64,000 nucleotides of DNA from an uncultured Acidobacteriota bacterium. Lineage in GTDB: Bacteria > Acidobacteriota > Terriglobia > Terriglobales > Acidobacteriaceae. A program made the position numbers and the translations under genes. The notes beneath the pieces were generated by a model, which did no database searches, had not been told where the DNA came from, and saw only the letters and a program-made list of their open reading frames with translations. This document shows positions 27,373 to 35,886 of this stretch, piece by piece. The DNA is taken from contig CAVYSX010000016.1 in the NCBI GenBank assembly GCA_963771285.1, positions 9,240-73,239 on the forward strand, written 5' to 3'. The stretch's first letter is position 1, and every line of letters starts with the position of its first letter.

Positions 27373-28293
27373 ATGCCTGAAGAGAATGGAAACGGCAAGA
27401 ACCGCGTAGGCCTGCTGGAGCGGATGAAGGCTGGCGTCAAGGAAGACGTCCAGTCGCTCAAAACCGACATGCCGGCCAAGGCGAAAGAGCAGATCGAGGG
27501 ATTGAAAGATCCCACGAAGACGCAAGTCTTCACTTCGATCTTCCGCCACAAGCACGATGACACGCCGCGCAATCGCGCGCTGGGCGTGCTGTCGAACGTG
27601 TTTCTGCACCTGCATCCGGCGAAAATCAATCGCGACGCCGTCCGCTACAGCTACACCTGGGGCATGGGCGGTATCACGTTCTATTTATTTATCGTGCTCA
27701 CCTTCACCGGCGTGCTGCTGATGTTCTACTACCATCCCAGCAAAGTGCAGGCTTTCCGCGACGTTCTTTACCTTGAGCACGACGTTCCATTCGGCAAGCT
27801 ACTGCGCAATATGCACCGCTGGGCCGCCCACTTGATGGTGATCGCCGTCTGGCTCCATATGTTCCGGGTGTTCCTGACCGGTTCCTACAAGAAGCCGCGC
27901 GAGTTCAACTGGAACATCGGCGTGCTGTTGCTGGTATTCACGCTGCTGCTTTCATTCACCGGGTACCTGCTTCCCGACGATCAGCTGGGATTCTGGGCAG
28001 TGACGGTGGGCACAAACATGGCGCGCGCCACGCCGCTGTTGGGCCACGAGGGTCCCTTCGGAAAAATGTTGGGCATGACCCCTTATAACGATGTGCGATT
28101 CGGATTGCTGGGCGGCTCGATCGTGGACGCGAATGCGTTGCTGCGCTCTTACATCTGGCACTGCATCGGCATTCCGATTGTGGCTTCAGTCTTGATGATC
28201 GTGCATTTCTGGCGCGTAAGAAAAGACGGCGGGATTTCCGGCCCAGCGCCAGTGATGCTGACCGCAGAAGCCGATAAGCGCCGCGGCGCATAG
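27373..28293 (+). CDS. cytochrome b, N-terminal (b6-like) subunit
   Basis: Four TM helices with paired His ligands (NMHRWAAHLM; IWHCIGIPIVASVLMIVHFW), plus the TGYLLPDDQLGFWA block. Confidence 0.85.
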   Translation: MPEENGNGKNRVGLLERMKAGVKEDVQSLKTDMPAKAKEQIEGLKDPTKTQVFTSIFRHKHDDTPRNRALGVLSNVFLHLHPAKINRDAVRYSYTWGMGGITFYLFIVLTFTGVLLMFYYHPSKVQAFRDVLYLEHDVPFGKLLRNMHRWAAHLMVIAVWLHMFRVFLTGSYKKPREFNWNIGVLLLVFTLLLSFTGYLLPDDQLGFWAVTVGTNMARATPLLGHEGPFGKMLGMTPYNDVRFGLLGGSIVDANALLRSYIWHCIGIPIVASVLMIVHFWRVRKDGGISGPAPVMLTAEADKRRGA

Positions 28294-28397
28294 GTTGCAC
28301 GGTTGACGTAGCAATCTACGCCTCTATGGCTGTGATACGGGATTTTGATGTGCGCGGTAGAGGCGTTGCGTGCAACGTCTCCGTTTGAGGAGATTCT

Positions 28398-29327
28398 ATG
28401 GATTGGCGACAACTTTGGGAGATCTGTTCCGCGCCTGACAACGTTCCTATCGTCGGCCTGATCCCGCTATTGGTCTTCTATATCTATCTGGCGTGGAAGC
28501 AGGCCAAGGCAAACGACGATCTCATCGGCGACCTCGAAACCAATCCTGCGATGGCGAAAACTCACCATCGCAAGAGTTGGCCGTTCCGGCCGGGCTGGCA
28601 AAAAGAGATTCATGTCTGGCCCTTCCTGCTGCGCATTGAATTTCTCGCCGCTATTATTGTCACTATCATTTTGATGGTCTGGTCGATCACCCTGAGTGCT
28701 CCGCTCGAAGAGCCCTCCAATCCGAACTTGACCATGAATCCTGCAAAAGCGCCCTGGTACTTTCTCGGCTTGCAGGAAATGCTGGTGTACTTCGACCCCT
28801 GGATCGCCGGCGTAGTCATGCCGACGCTCATCATCGTCGGCCTCATGGTGATTCCCTACATCGACACCAACCCGCTGGGCAGCGGCTACTACACGTGGAA
28901 GCAGCGCAAGTTTGCCATCGGGACCTTCATGTTTGGCTTCGTCATTCTCTGGGTCGCGATGATCATTATTGGAACGTTCATTCGCGGACCGGGATGGCAA
29001 TGGTTCTGGCCGGGACAGACATGGGATCACAACCGCTTGATTTACGAAGTGAACCGCGACTTGCCCGATTTGTTCGCCATTACTTCCAATCTTGGGAAGG
29101 CCATCTTTGGAGCGGTTGTCGTAGGAGGCTATTACCTGGCGGGAGGATTCTTGGTACATGCGCTCTTCCGGCGCTACAACCCGAAAGATTACAAGCGGAT
29201 GAGCCTGCTGCAGTATTCCATCATGATGTTTTTCTGGCTGACCATGGTGGGGCTGCCGTTGAAGATGCTGCTGCGGCTCGCGTTCAACATTAAGTACGTG
29301 TGGATTACACCGTGGTTCAACGTGTAA
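28398..29327 (+). CDS. cytochrome b C-terminal (subunit IV-like) subunit, extended
   Basis: NPAKAPWYFLGLQEMLVYF is the PEWY-loop equivalent. About 6 hydrophobic helices by eye, versus 3 in PetD. Confidence 0.75.
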   Translation: MDWRQLWEICSAPDNVPIVGLIPLLVFYIYLAWKQAKANDDLIGDLETNPAMAKTHHRKSWPFRPGWQKEIHVWPFLLRIEFLAAIIVTIILMVWSITLSAPLEEPSNPNLTMNPAKAPWYFLGLQEMLVYFDPWIAGVVMPTLIIVGLMVIPYIDTNPLGSGYYTWKQRKFAIGTFMFGFVILWVAMIIIGTFIRGPGWQWFWPGQTWDHNRLIYEVNRDLPDLFAITSNLGKAIFGAVVVGGYYLAGGFLVHALFRRYNPKDYKRMSLLQYSIMMFFWLTMVGLPLKMLLRLAFNIKYVWITPWFNV

Positions 29328-29420
29328 AGCGGTCGTCGGCCCAACGCGGCCTTCTGATCGACTGACACCAACGACTGACGACGAACGACCAACGACTAGC
29401 GAAATCAAAGGGAGCAACTG

Positions 29421-32400
29421 GTGGCCGAACAACCAATCCCCGAGCAAGACCCGGTAGTTACAAAGTCGTACACGATGTATTACGTCGTCTCCATGGTGCT
29501 GCTCATGGCGACGTTGTTCTGGGCCTTGTGGGACGAGGCTTACGGACAACGCCCGTGGAAGGCCTTCCAGAACGAATGGAAGGATCGCTACACCGCTCTC
29601 CTGACCAAGACCAAGCCCGCATCTGAGAAGGCAGTAAAAACCGCCGAAGACAATCCTGAATATCAGAAGCTGGAGCAGGCCTACCAGCAAGCTGACGCCG
29701 CTGCCAAACCGCGCCGCGATGAACTCCAGAAAAAGATTATGGACATCAGCGCGAAGATCCTGGCGGTGCAGAACATCTTTACGGACAAGCGCGCCTATGC
29801 GAACTCGCTGAATTACCAGATCGAGACCGAAACCGTTGCCTCGAGCAAAGAGAGCAAAAAGAAGGAACTTGAGGAATACAAGAAAGAGTTGTGGACCGTC
29901 GAGTATCCGGACGGCAGCAAGGAAAAGTACGACTTCCGCCACCTCGAAGAAAAATACAACGAACTCAAAGACGAGCGGACTTTGATGAACGCGGAATTGG
30001 GCGAGGTACTCAAGCCCGTAACCGCTGCCAGCATCAAGCTGTCCCAATATCTTTCCGAGAACATGGTGGATCTCACGCCCACCCAGATCGACGGCCTCGA
30101 AAAGAAGACCAAAGATTGGGACCCTAAGATTGTCCAGGTTAACGTGGCGAGCGCCAACATCGTGGATCGCTGCGAGTCCTGCCACATGGGAATTCGTGAA
30201 CCGCTGAAAATCACGGCCGCTTCGATGACGCCCAAGGGCGAAAAGAAGCCCGACGAATATGCTCTCGCATTCGTCAGCCACCCCGAGCCGGGCCTGCTGA
30301 AGACGCACGATCCCGATGTATTTGGCTGCTCTCCCTGCCATCAAGGCAATGGCCGCGCCACGACTAGCGTCGAAAAGGCGCACGGAAATTACGAGCACTG
30401 GCTGTGGCCGCTGTTCCCCAAGCAGAACGTCGAGGCTGGATGCCAGACCTGTCACGCTGCCGACATGGTGCTGGTGAGCGGCGATGTGGGCGCAACCATC
30501 AGTGAGGGCAAGGACCTGTTCCGTCAGAAAGGCTGCATGGGGTGCCATCGCTATGAAGGCTACGACAAGGAACCAGAAGATCTGAATACCTTCAGCCAGC
30601 ACATCAAGCAACTGGAGCAACAGAAGAAAGACAACGTCAAGCAGGCCGCCTACCTGATGAAGCAGGCAGACTCTGCCGAAAGCAACGACGAAGCGAATCG
30701 CCTGAACGATCAAGCTATCGCGCTTAAGGTCAGCAACAGCAAAGCCGACGGACAAATCCAGCAGCTCGATTTCCAACTGCACAGCGTGATGCAGGACATG
30801 AAAAAGATTGGGCCGAACTTGAAGGACATCCGTCTCAAGCTGAACAAGAATTGGATTCCGGTGTGGCTGAAGAAGCCGACAGACTTCCGGCCCACGACCA
30901 AAATGCCGAATTTCCGCCTGACCGATCATCAGATCCAGGCGATCTCGGCGTATCTGTGGCAGTCAGCATTGACGGATCCCTTACCCAAGCAGAACACTGG
31001 CAACGCGGAGCACGGCAAAGAACTCTTCGAAACCCGCGGCTGCATGGCTTGCCATTCCATCGGGGAAGGCGATCAGATGCAGGGCGGCACGTTCGCGGCA
31101 AATCTATCCCGCGAAGGCGAAAAAGCGAATTTCGATTACCTGGTGCGCTGGATACACAACGCCCGTCAGCGTACCCGACCTTATTGCCCGTACGAAAAGA
31201 AAGACATCGGACCGGAGGATTACGCCAAGAAAGGCTTGCCTTACCAATTCGACTTGCAGCATAGCCAATGCCCGAACGACGGCCACGAACTGCAAGTCCA
31301 GAACATGACGGTGATGCCTAGCCTGCGCCTCGCTCCCGAAGACGCGCAGGACATTGCATCCTTCCTCATGACGCAGAAGAAACAGGAACCGACTGCTTAC
31401 GCTTCTGCAACTTTCATGGACGATCCTGCGCTGAAAGAAGAAGGCAAGCGCTGGATCCGCCACTACGGCTGCTCTGGCTGCCATGAAATCTCCGGCATGG
31501 AAGACGAAGGCCGCATCGGCACCGAACTAACCTTCGAAGGCAGCAAGCCGATCGAGCGCCTGGACTTCGCACTCTTCACCGAAATCGCACAGCGCGGCGG
31601 CAAGAACGCCGAGCCGATTAAGAATCCTGAAGACTTGGCCCGGCTGCCCGAGGGCCCCGCAAAAGACGTTTGGTACGACCATAAAGGTTTCTTCGAGCAC
31701 AAACTCGCCGAGCCCAACATCTATGATCAGGGCAAGATCAAGACCGAGACCGAAGCTCTGCGCATGCCCAATCTCCATCTGACCGCAGAACAGATTCGTG
31801 CTCTGACCACCTTCCTTCTCGGCAGCGAAGAGAGTTCCCTTCCCGCCGAATATCAATATCGTCCCGGCGATGCCCGCAAAGATATTCAAGACGGATGGTG
31901 GGTCGTCAAGAAATACAACTGCATGGGATGCCATCAATTCATCCCAGGGCAGAAGACCATCATGATGGGCCTGCCGCAATACCGCGAGAACCCGGAGCAG
32001 TTGCCTCCGAAACTGTTGACCGAAGGAGCTCGCGTCGATCCCGAGTGGTTGCGGAAATTCCTGTCGAATCCTTCGCTCAGCGAAACCGACACGAACCGCA
32101 ACGGCGTACGTCCCTATTTGAAAGTTCGCATGCCTACGTTCTCGTTCTCGGACAGTGAACTGCGCAAACTGGTGCGCTTCTTCCAGGCACTATCGCAGCA
32201 ACCCATGCCGTACATTCCGGAGCAGGTTCCGACTCTGACGGCAAAAGAAAACGAGATGGCACGCAGCTTGTTCTCGAGCACAGCCGCGCCATGTCTCAAG
32301 TGCCACGCCACCGGTGACCCGGCACATGACAAAAACGCAACTGCTCCGAACTTCCTGCTGGCGAAGGAACGGCTGAAGCCAGATTGGGCGGAACGCTGGG

Positions 32401-32684
32401 TGCTGGATCCACAGGCGATCAGTCCGGGCACTTCCATGCCATCAGGACTGTTTCGGCGCGAAAATAATCAATGGGTATTTGCCGGCCCAACGCCGTCGTC
32501 GTTCCAGGGCTACGAGAAAGATCATTCCAAGCTACTGGTCGACTATATTTTCCAGCTGACGCCGGAAGAGCAGCGCCGAGTTGCATCCTCCATGGGACGA
32601 AACGTTTCAACCCTAGTTCCGAAAAAGACCAAGCAATCGGCCTCATCAGCGCAGCGACCGGCAGCGGCCGGAGGATCGCGTTAG
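29421..32684 (+). CDS. membrane-anchored octahaem c-type cytochrome (1087 aa)
   Basis: GTG start and N-terminal TM helix. Eight CxxCH motifs: CESCH, CSPCH, CQTCH, CMGCH, CMACH, CSGCH, CMGCH, CLKCH. The last five sit in class-I-like modules, each followed by an (K/R/V/S)MP Met-ligand segment. Lys/Glu-rich helical stretches are present. Confidence 0.85.
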   Translation: MAEQPIPEQDPVVTKSYTMYYVVSMVLLMATLFWALWDEAYGQRPWKAFQNEWKDRYTALLTKTKPASEKAVKTAEDNPEYQKLEQAYQQADAAAKPRRDELQKKIMDISAKILAVQNIFTDKRAYANSLNYQIETETVASSKESKKKELEEYKKELWTVEYPDGSKEKYDFRHLEEKYNELKDERTLMNAELGEVLKPVTAASIKLSQYLSENMVDLTPTQIDGLEKKTKDWDPKIVQVNVASANIVDRCESCHMGIREPLKITAASMTPKGEKKPDEYALAFVSHPEPGLLKTHDPDVFGCSPCHQGNGRATTSVEKAHGNYEHWLWPLFPKQNVEAGCQTCHAADMVLVSGDVGATISEGKDLFRQKGCMGCHRYEGYDKEPEDLNTFSQHIKQLEQQKKDNVKQAAYLMKQADSAESNDEANRLNDQAIALKVSNSKADGQIQQLDFQLHSVMQDMKKIGPNLKDIRLKLNKNWIPVWLKKPTDFRPTTKMPNFRLTDHQIQAISAYLWQSALTDPLPKQNTGNAEHGKELFETRGCMACHSIGEGDQMQGGTFAANLSREGEKANFDYLVRWIHNARQRTRPYCPYEKKDIGPEDYAKKGLPYQFDLQHSQCPNDGHELQVQNMTVMPSLRLAPEDAQDIASFLMTQKKQEPTAYASATFMDDPALKEEGKRWIRHYGCSGCHEISGMEDEGRIGTELTFEGSKPIERLDFALFTEIAQRGGKNAEPIKNPEDLARLPEGPAKDVWYDHKGFFEHKLAEPNIYDQGKIKTETEALRMPNLHLTAEQIRALTTFLLGSEESSLPAEYQYRPGDARKDIQDGWWVVKKYNCMGCHQFIPGQKTIMMGLPQYRENPEQLPPKLLTEGARVDPEWLRKFLSNPSLSETDTNRNGVRPYLKVRMPTFSFSDSELRKLVRFFQALSQQPMPYIPEQVPTLTAKENEMARSLFSSTAAPCLKCHATGDPAHDKNATAPNFLLAKERLKPDWAERWVLDPQAISPGTSMPSGLFRRENNQWVFAGPTPSSFQGYEKDHSKLLVDYIFQLTPEEQRRVASSMGRNVSTLVPKKTKQSASSAQRPAAAGGSR

Positions 32685-32808
32685 AATAATCATTTCGTAG
32701 CGACGCTGATCTAGCTGGCTGGTGTTTGAGAGTCACGGCCAGGCGCCGACGGCAAGGATTTGAACTGTTCTAAATTTGCTTTCAAAATACTAATGAAAGG
32801 GCGACATC

Positions 32809-33597
32809 ATGAATAGCAACAAAACCTGGGCAGCAATGCTCGGATTACTCTGCCTGCTGGGGATTTCCATCCTGGCAGGTTGCAACAAGAAGGAAGAATC
32901 AACCGAGGCGCAGCCTTCGGCGCCTGCGGCAGCGCAGCCCGCGGCCGCAGCTGCCACTCCCATTGATCCCTCTACTGTGGCCAGCATAAGCGGCACGGTG
33001 AAACTTGACGGCGCCGCTCCCAAAGCCGCCAAGATCGACATGAGCCAGGACGCAGCCTGCAAGGGCGCCAACACCGCCGAAACCATCGTCGCCGATGGCG
33101 GCAACCTCGCCAACGTTTTCGTATATGTGAAAGATGGCCTTGGCGATCGCACCTTCGATGTTCCCAAAGAAGCCGTCACCATCGACCAGCAAGGCTGCAA
33201 GTATCATCCGCACGTGCTGGGCGTGATGACCGGTCAGAACATCGACATCAAGAACGACGACCAGACCACACACAACATTCACCCCACGCCCGCCAGCAAC
33301 CGCGAGTGGAACGAATCGCAACCGCCCGCAGCCGCGCCGATTGAGAAGAGTTTCGCCCGCGAAGAAATCATGCTGCCGGTAAAGTGCAACCAACATCCCT
33401 GGATGCGTATGTACATCAACGTGGTGAAGAGCCCGTTCTACGCCGTCACCGGACCCGATGGCAAATATGAAATCAAAGGCCTGCCCCCGGGAGACTACAC
33501 GCTCGCATTCGTGCAGGAAAAGCTGGGCGAGCAAACTCAAAAAGTCACTGTTGCGGCCAAAGATAGCAAGACTGTGGACCAAAGCTTCAAGCAGTAG
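32809..33597 (+). CDS. lipoprotein cupredoxin (type-1 copper) fused to a CarboxypepD_reg-like beta-sandwich
   Basis: Lipobox LAGC. Ligand set THNIH ... CNQHPWM (Cys-x2-His-x2-Met, amicyanin-like). C-terminal YAVTGPDGKYEIKGLPPGDYTLAF. Confidence 0.75.
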   Translation: MNSNKTWAAMLGLLCLLGISILAGCNKKEESTEAQPSAPAAAQPAAAAATPIDPSTVASISGTVKLDGAAPKAAKIDMSQDAACKGANTAETIVADGGNLANVFVYVKDGLGDRTFDVPKEAVTIDQQGCKYHPHVLGVMTGQNIDIKNDDQTTHNIHPTPASNREWNESQPPAAAPIEKSFAREEIMLPVKCNQHPWMRMYINVVKSPFYAVTGPDGKYEIKGLPPGDYTLAFVQEKLGEQTQKVTVAAKDSKTVDQSFKQ

Positions 33598-33611
33598 GCG
33601 AAACTCGGCGT

Positions 33612-34610
33612 GTGGGGACGGGCGCCTCGCCCGTCCTGCCACGCTCACTTGTAACTTCCCCAAGGAGCGAGATTCTGAAGTTCCTCGCCACACCCTACAA
33701 TCGCGCCCACCACGGCTTTGCTGTCTTTGTGGCCTGCGCTACTTTCATCCTGATCATCGCCGGCGCCCTCGTCACCAGCAACGACGCTGGACTTTCCATT
33801 CCCGACTGGCCGACTTCTTTCGGCTCGTTCACAGTCCCGCCGCTGCGCGGCGGAATTCGTTTCGAGTGGAGTCATCGCGCAATTGCCGGCTCCATCGTGC
33901 TGCTCACCATTTCGATCGCCGCGTGGACGTGGCTTGTAGAACGCCGTCGGTGGATGAAATGGTTAGGCCTCGCAGCCCTGGTCACCGTCATCACGCAAGC
34001 CATTCTCGGCGGACTCACCGTCTTGCTGCTTCAACCACCCTGGGTCTCCGCCGCCCACGCCACGGTCGCCCAGACATTTTTTTGCATTGCTGTGACCATC
34101 GCAGTTTTCACCGGTCGCCGCTGGGTAGAAGAAGTTCCGCAAATTGAGATCGATCGCCACCATCCCAGTCTGGTTACGCTGACCTTGTTATCCATCTTCG
34201 TCCTCTACGTTCAACTGATTCTCGGAGCCATGTTTCGCCATCATGGCATGAGCTGGTGGCCGCACGTGGCCAACGCCGCCATTGTCGCTTTCGTTTTAAC
34301 CTGGACGGCAATTCGCGCGCTGTCGCAATATTGGAAAATCGAAGCAGTACGCCGGCCAGCAATCCTGCTGGTCTCGCTGATGATCGCGCAACTCTGCCTG
34401 GGCTTCGCCGCATTCGTCACCCGCATAGCGTGGGGTCGCGACGCCGTTCAACCCGAACTGCCTATGGTGATTTCGACCGTCGCACACGTGGCCATGGGAG
34501 CGCTATTGCTGGCCACAGCCGTGATTCTCGCCATTCAAGTCTGGCGTCACGTCCCAGTGTCCTTTGAGGATCGCGTCTCTGACAGATCGCGAAAACCGGT
34601 CGCAGCGTGA
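33612..34610 (+). CDS. ctaA: haem A synthase (CtaA/COX15 family)
   Basis: Eight-TM protein with conserved His pairs (HRAIAG, HATVAQ, FRHHG, AHVAMG). The start is uncertain: the track GTG 33612 lies inside a 9-bp hairpin (33616-33636), and an AAGGAG precedes in-frame ATT/CTG codons near 33669. Confidence 0.75.
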   Translation: MGTGASPVLPRSLVTSPRSEILKFLATPYNRAHHGFAVFVACATFILIIAGALVTSNDAGLSIPDWPTSFGSFTVPPLRGGIRFEWSHRAIAGSIVLLTISIAAWTWLVERRRWMKWLGLAALVTVITQAILGGLTVLLLQPPWVSAAHATVAQTFFCIAVTIAVFTGRRWVEEVPQIEIDRHHPSLVTLTLLSIFVLYVQLILGAMFRHHGMSWWPHVANAAIVAFVLTWTAIRALSQYWKIEAVRRPAILLVSLMIAQLCLGFAAFVTRIAWGRDAVQPELPMVISTVAHVAMGALLLATAVILAIQVWRHVPVSFEDRVSDRSRKPVAA

Positions 34611-34645
34611 TCGCCGCTGAACCCAGTCTCATCGTAGAATAGCCT

Positions 34646-35638
34646 GTGACCTCCAAGACACCATACGCGGTGACCGTTCCTGAATCTGATCTGGTCACTG
34701 ACGCCGCGGTAATTTCGGTGCAGGACGTTGTCCATCGCTACGGCGACCGCGCCGCCCTCAACGGCGTCTCATTCGACGTCAGGCCTGCTGAACTGTTCGG
34801 ACTTCTGGGACCGAACGGCAGCGGCAAGACTACGCTGTTTCGCATTCTCTCCACATTGATGATCCCCACCGGCGGCCGCGCCCAGATCATGGGCTTCGAC
34901 GTAGCCCGCGATCCCAACGGCCTGCGCCGTCACATCGGCGTCGTCTTTCAGGCCCAAAGCATCGACGTCAAGCTCACCGCCGCCGAGAACCTGTGGCATC
35001 AAGGACATCTCTACGGCCTGCGCGGATCGACGCTGAAGTCGCGCATCGCAGAAATGTTAGGCCGTGTCGGGCTGTCTGATCGTGCCAGCGAAAAAGCTGA
35101 GACGTTCTCGGGAGGCATGCAGCGCCGCCTTGAGCTGGCGAAAGGTCTGCTCCATCACCCGTCGGTTCTCTTGCTCGATGAACCCACAACCGGACTCGAT
35201 CCCGGCGCCCGTCGCGATCTGTGGCAGTATCTCGCTCTGCTGCGTGATGAAGAAAAAGTCACAGTGATCGTTACCACGCACCTCATGGAAGAAGCCGAGC
35301 GCTGCGACCGGCTGGCAATTCTGAATGAAGGAAAAGTGGTGGCTCTCGGAACCCCCGACGAACTCAAGCATGAAATCGGCGGAGACGTAATCCTGCTGGA
35401 CTCCAAAGAGCCGGGCTCGCTGGCCGAAGGTATTCGCGCTCGCTTCCAACTCGACGCTCAGGTACTCCACGGACAGGTTCGAATCGAACGCGAAAACGGA
35501 CATCGCTTCATTACCGATGTGGTTGAAGCATTCCCCGGCGAAATCGAAGCTATCTCTGTCAGCAAGCCGACGCTGGAAGATGTGTTCATCCGCCGCACCG
35601 GCCACCGCTTCTGGGCGGACGGCCAAGAGCGAACTTAG
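34646..35638 (+). CDS. ABC transporter ATP-binding protein (ABC-2/DrrA-NosF type)
   Basis: Walker A GPNGSGKTT, signature FSGGMQRR, Walker B LLLDEPTTGLD, H-loop TTHLMEE. Confidence 0.85.
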   Translation: MTSKTPYAVTVPESDLVTDAAVISVQDVVHRYGDRAALNGVSFDVRPAELFGLLGPNGSGKTTLFRILSTLMIPTGGRAQIMGFDVARDPNGLRRHIGVVFQAQSIDVKLTAAENLWHQGHLYGLRGSTLKSRIAEMLGRVGLSDRASEKAETFSGGMQRRLELAKGLLHHPSVLLLDEPTTGLDPGARRDLWQYLALLRDEEKVTVIVTTHLMEEAERCDRLAILNEGKVVALGTPDELKHEIGGDVILLDSKEPGSLAEGIRARFQLDAQVLHGQVRIERENGHRFITDVVEAFPGEIEAISVSKPTLEDVFIRRTGHRFWADGQERT

Positions 35639-35681
35639 TAGAACAAGAGCGATCGTAGTAGAAAAGGAGACGCGCAAATCT

Positions 35682-35885
35682 ATGATGCTAGCGCTTTCAG
35701 TAGTGCTCGGACTCGTCCCGCTCCTCGGAGTAGCTTGGATCGTCTTGCGAGCATCTGTCACCACGGTGGACGGCCTTTTCATGAGCCTCATTCTGCTCAC
35801 CCTCTCCGGTATTCTTTTTCTGAACGCGTACCTTGACCTGCGCGCCCGCAAGAAGAAAGCCGCGTCCGGCGCAAGGAAGGCATAA
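35682..35885 (+). CDS. two-TM micro-protein (67 aa)
   Basis: MMLALSVVLGLVPLLGVAWIVL...LFMSLILLTLSGILFLNAYLDLRARKKK. AAGGAGA lies 11 nt upstream. It fits exactly between the ABC ATPase and permease genes. Confidence 0.45.
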   Translation: MMLALSVVLGLVPLLGVAWIVLRASVTTVDGLFMSLILLTLSGILFLNAYLDLRARKKKAASGARKA

Positions 35886-35886
35886 T

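Noticed and set aside
28467-30929. 820-aa ORF on the minus strand, the longest alternative ORF in the window
   Set aside because: It is antisense to the cytochrome b C-terminal gene and the octahaem cytochrome gene, whose frames carry unmistakable motifs (PWYFL, eight CxxCH). The antisense translation is Leu/Arg/Val/Gly-rich with no recognisable domain. This is the usual shadow ORF of GC-rich coding DNA.
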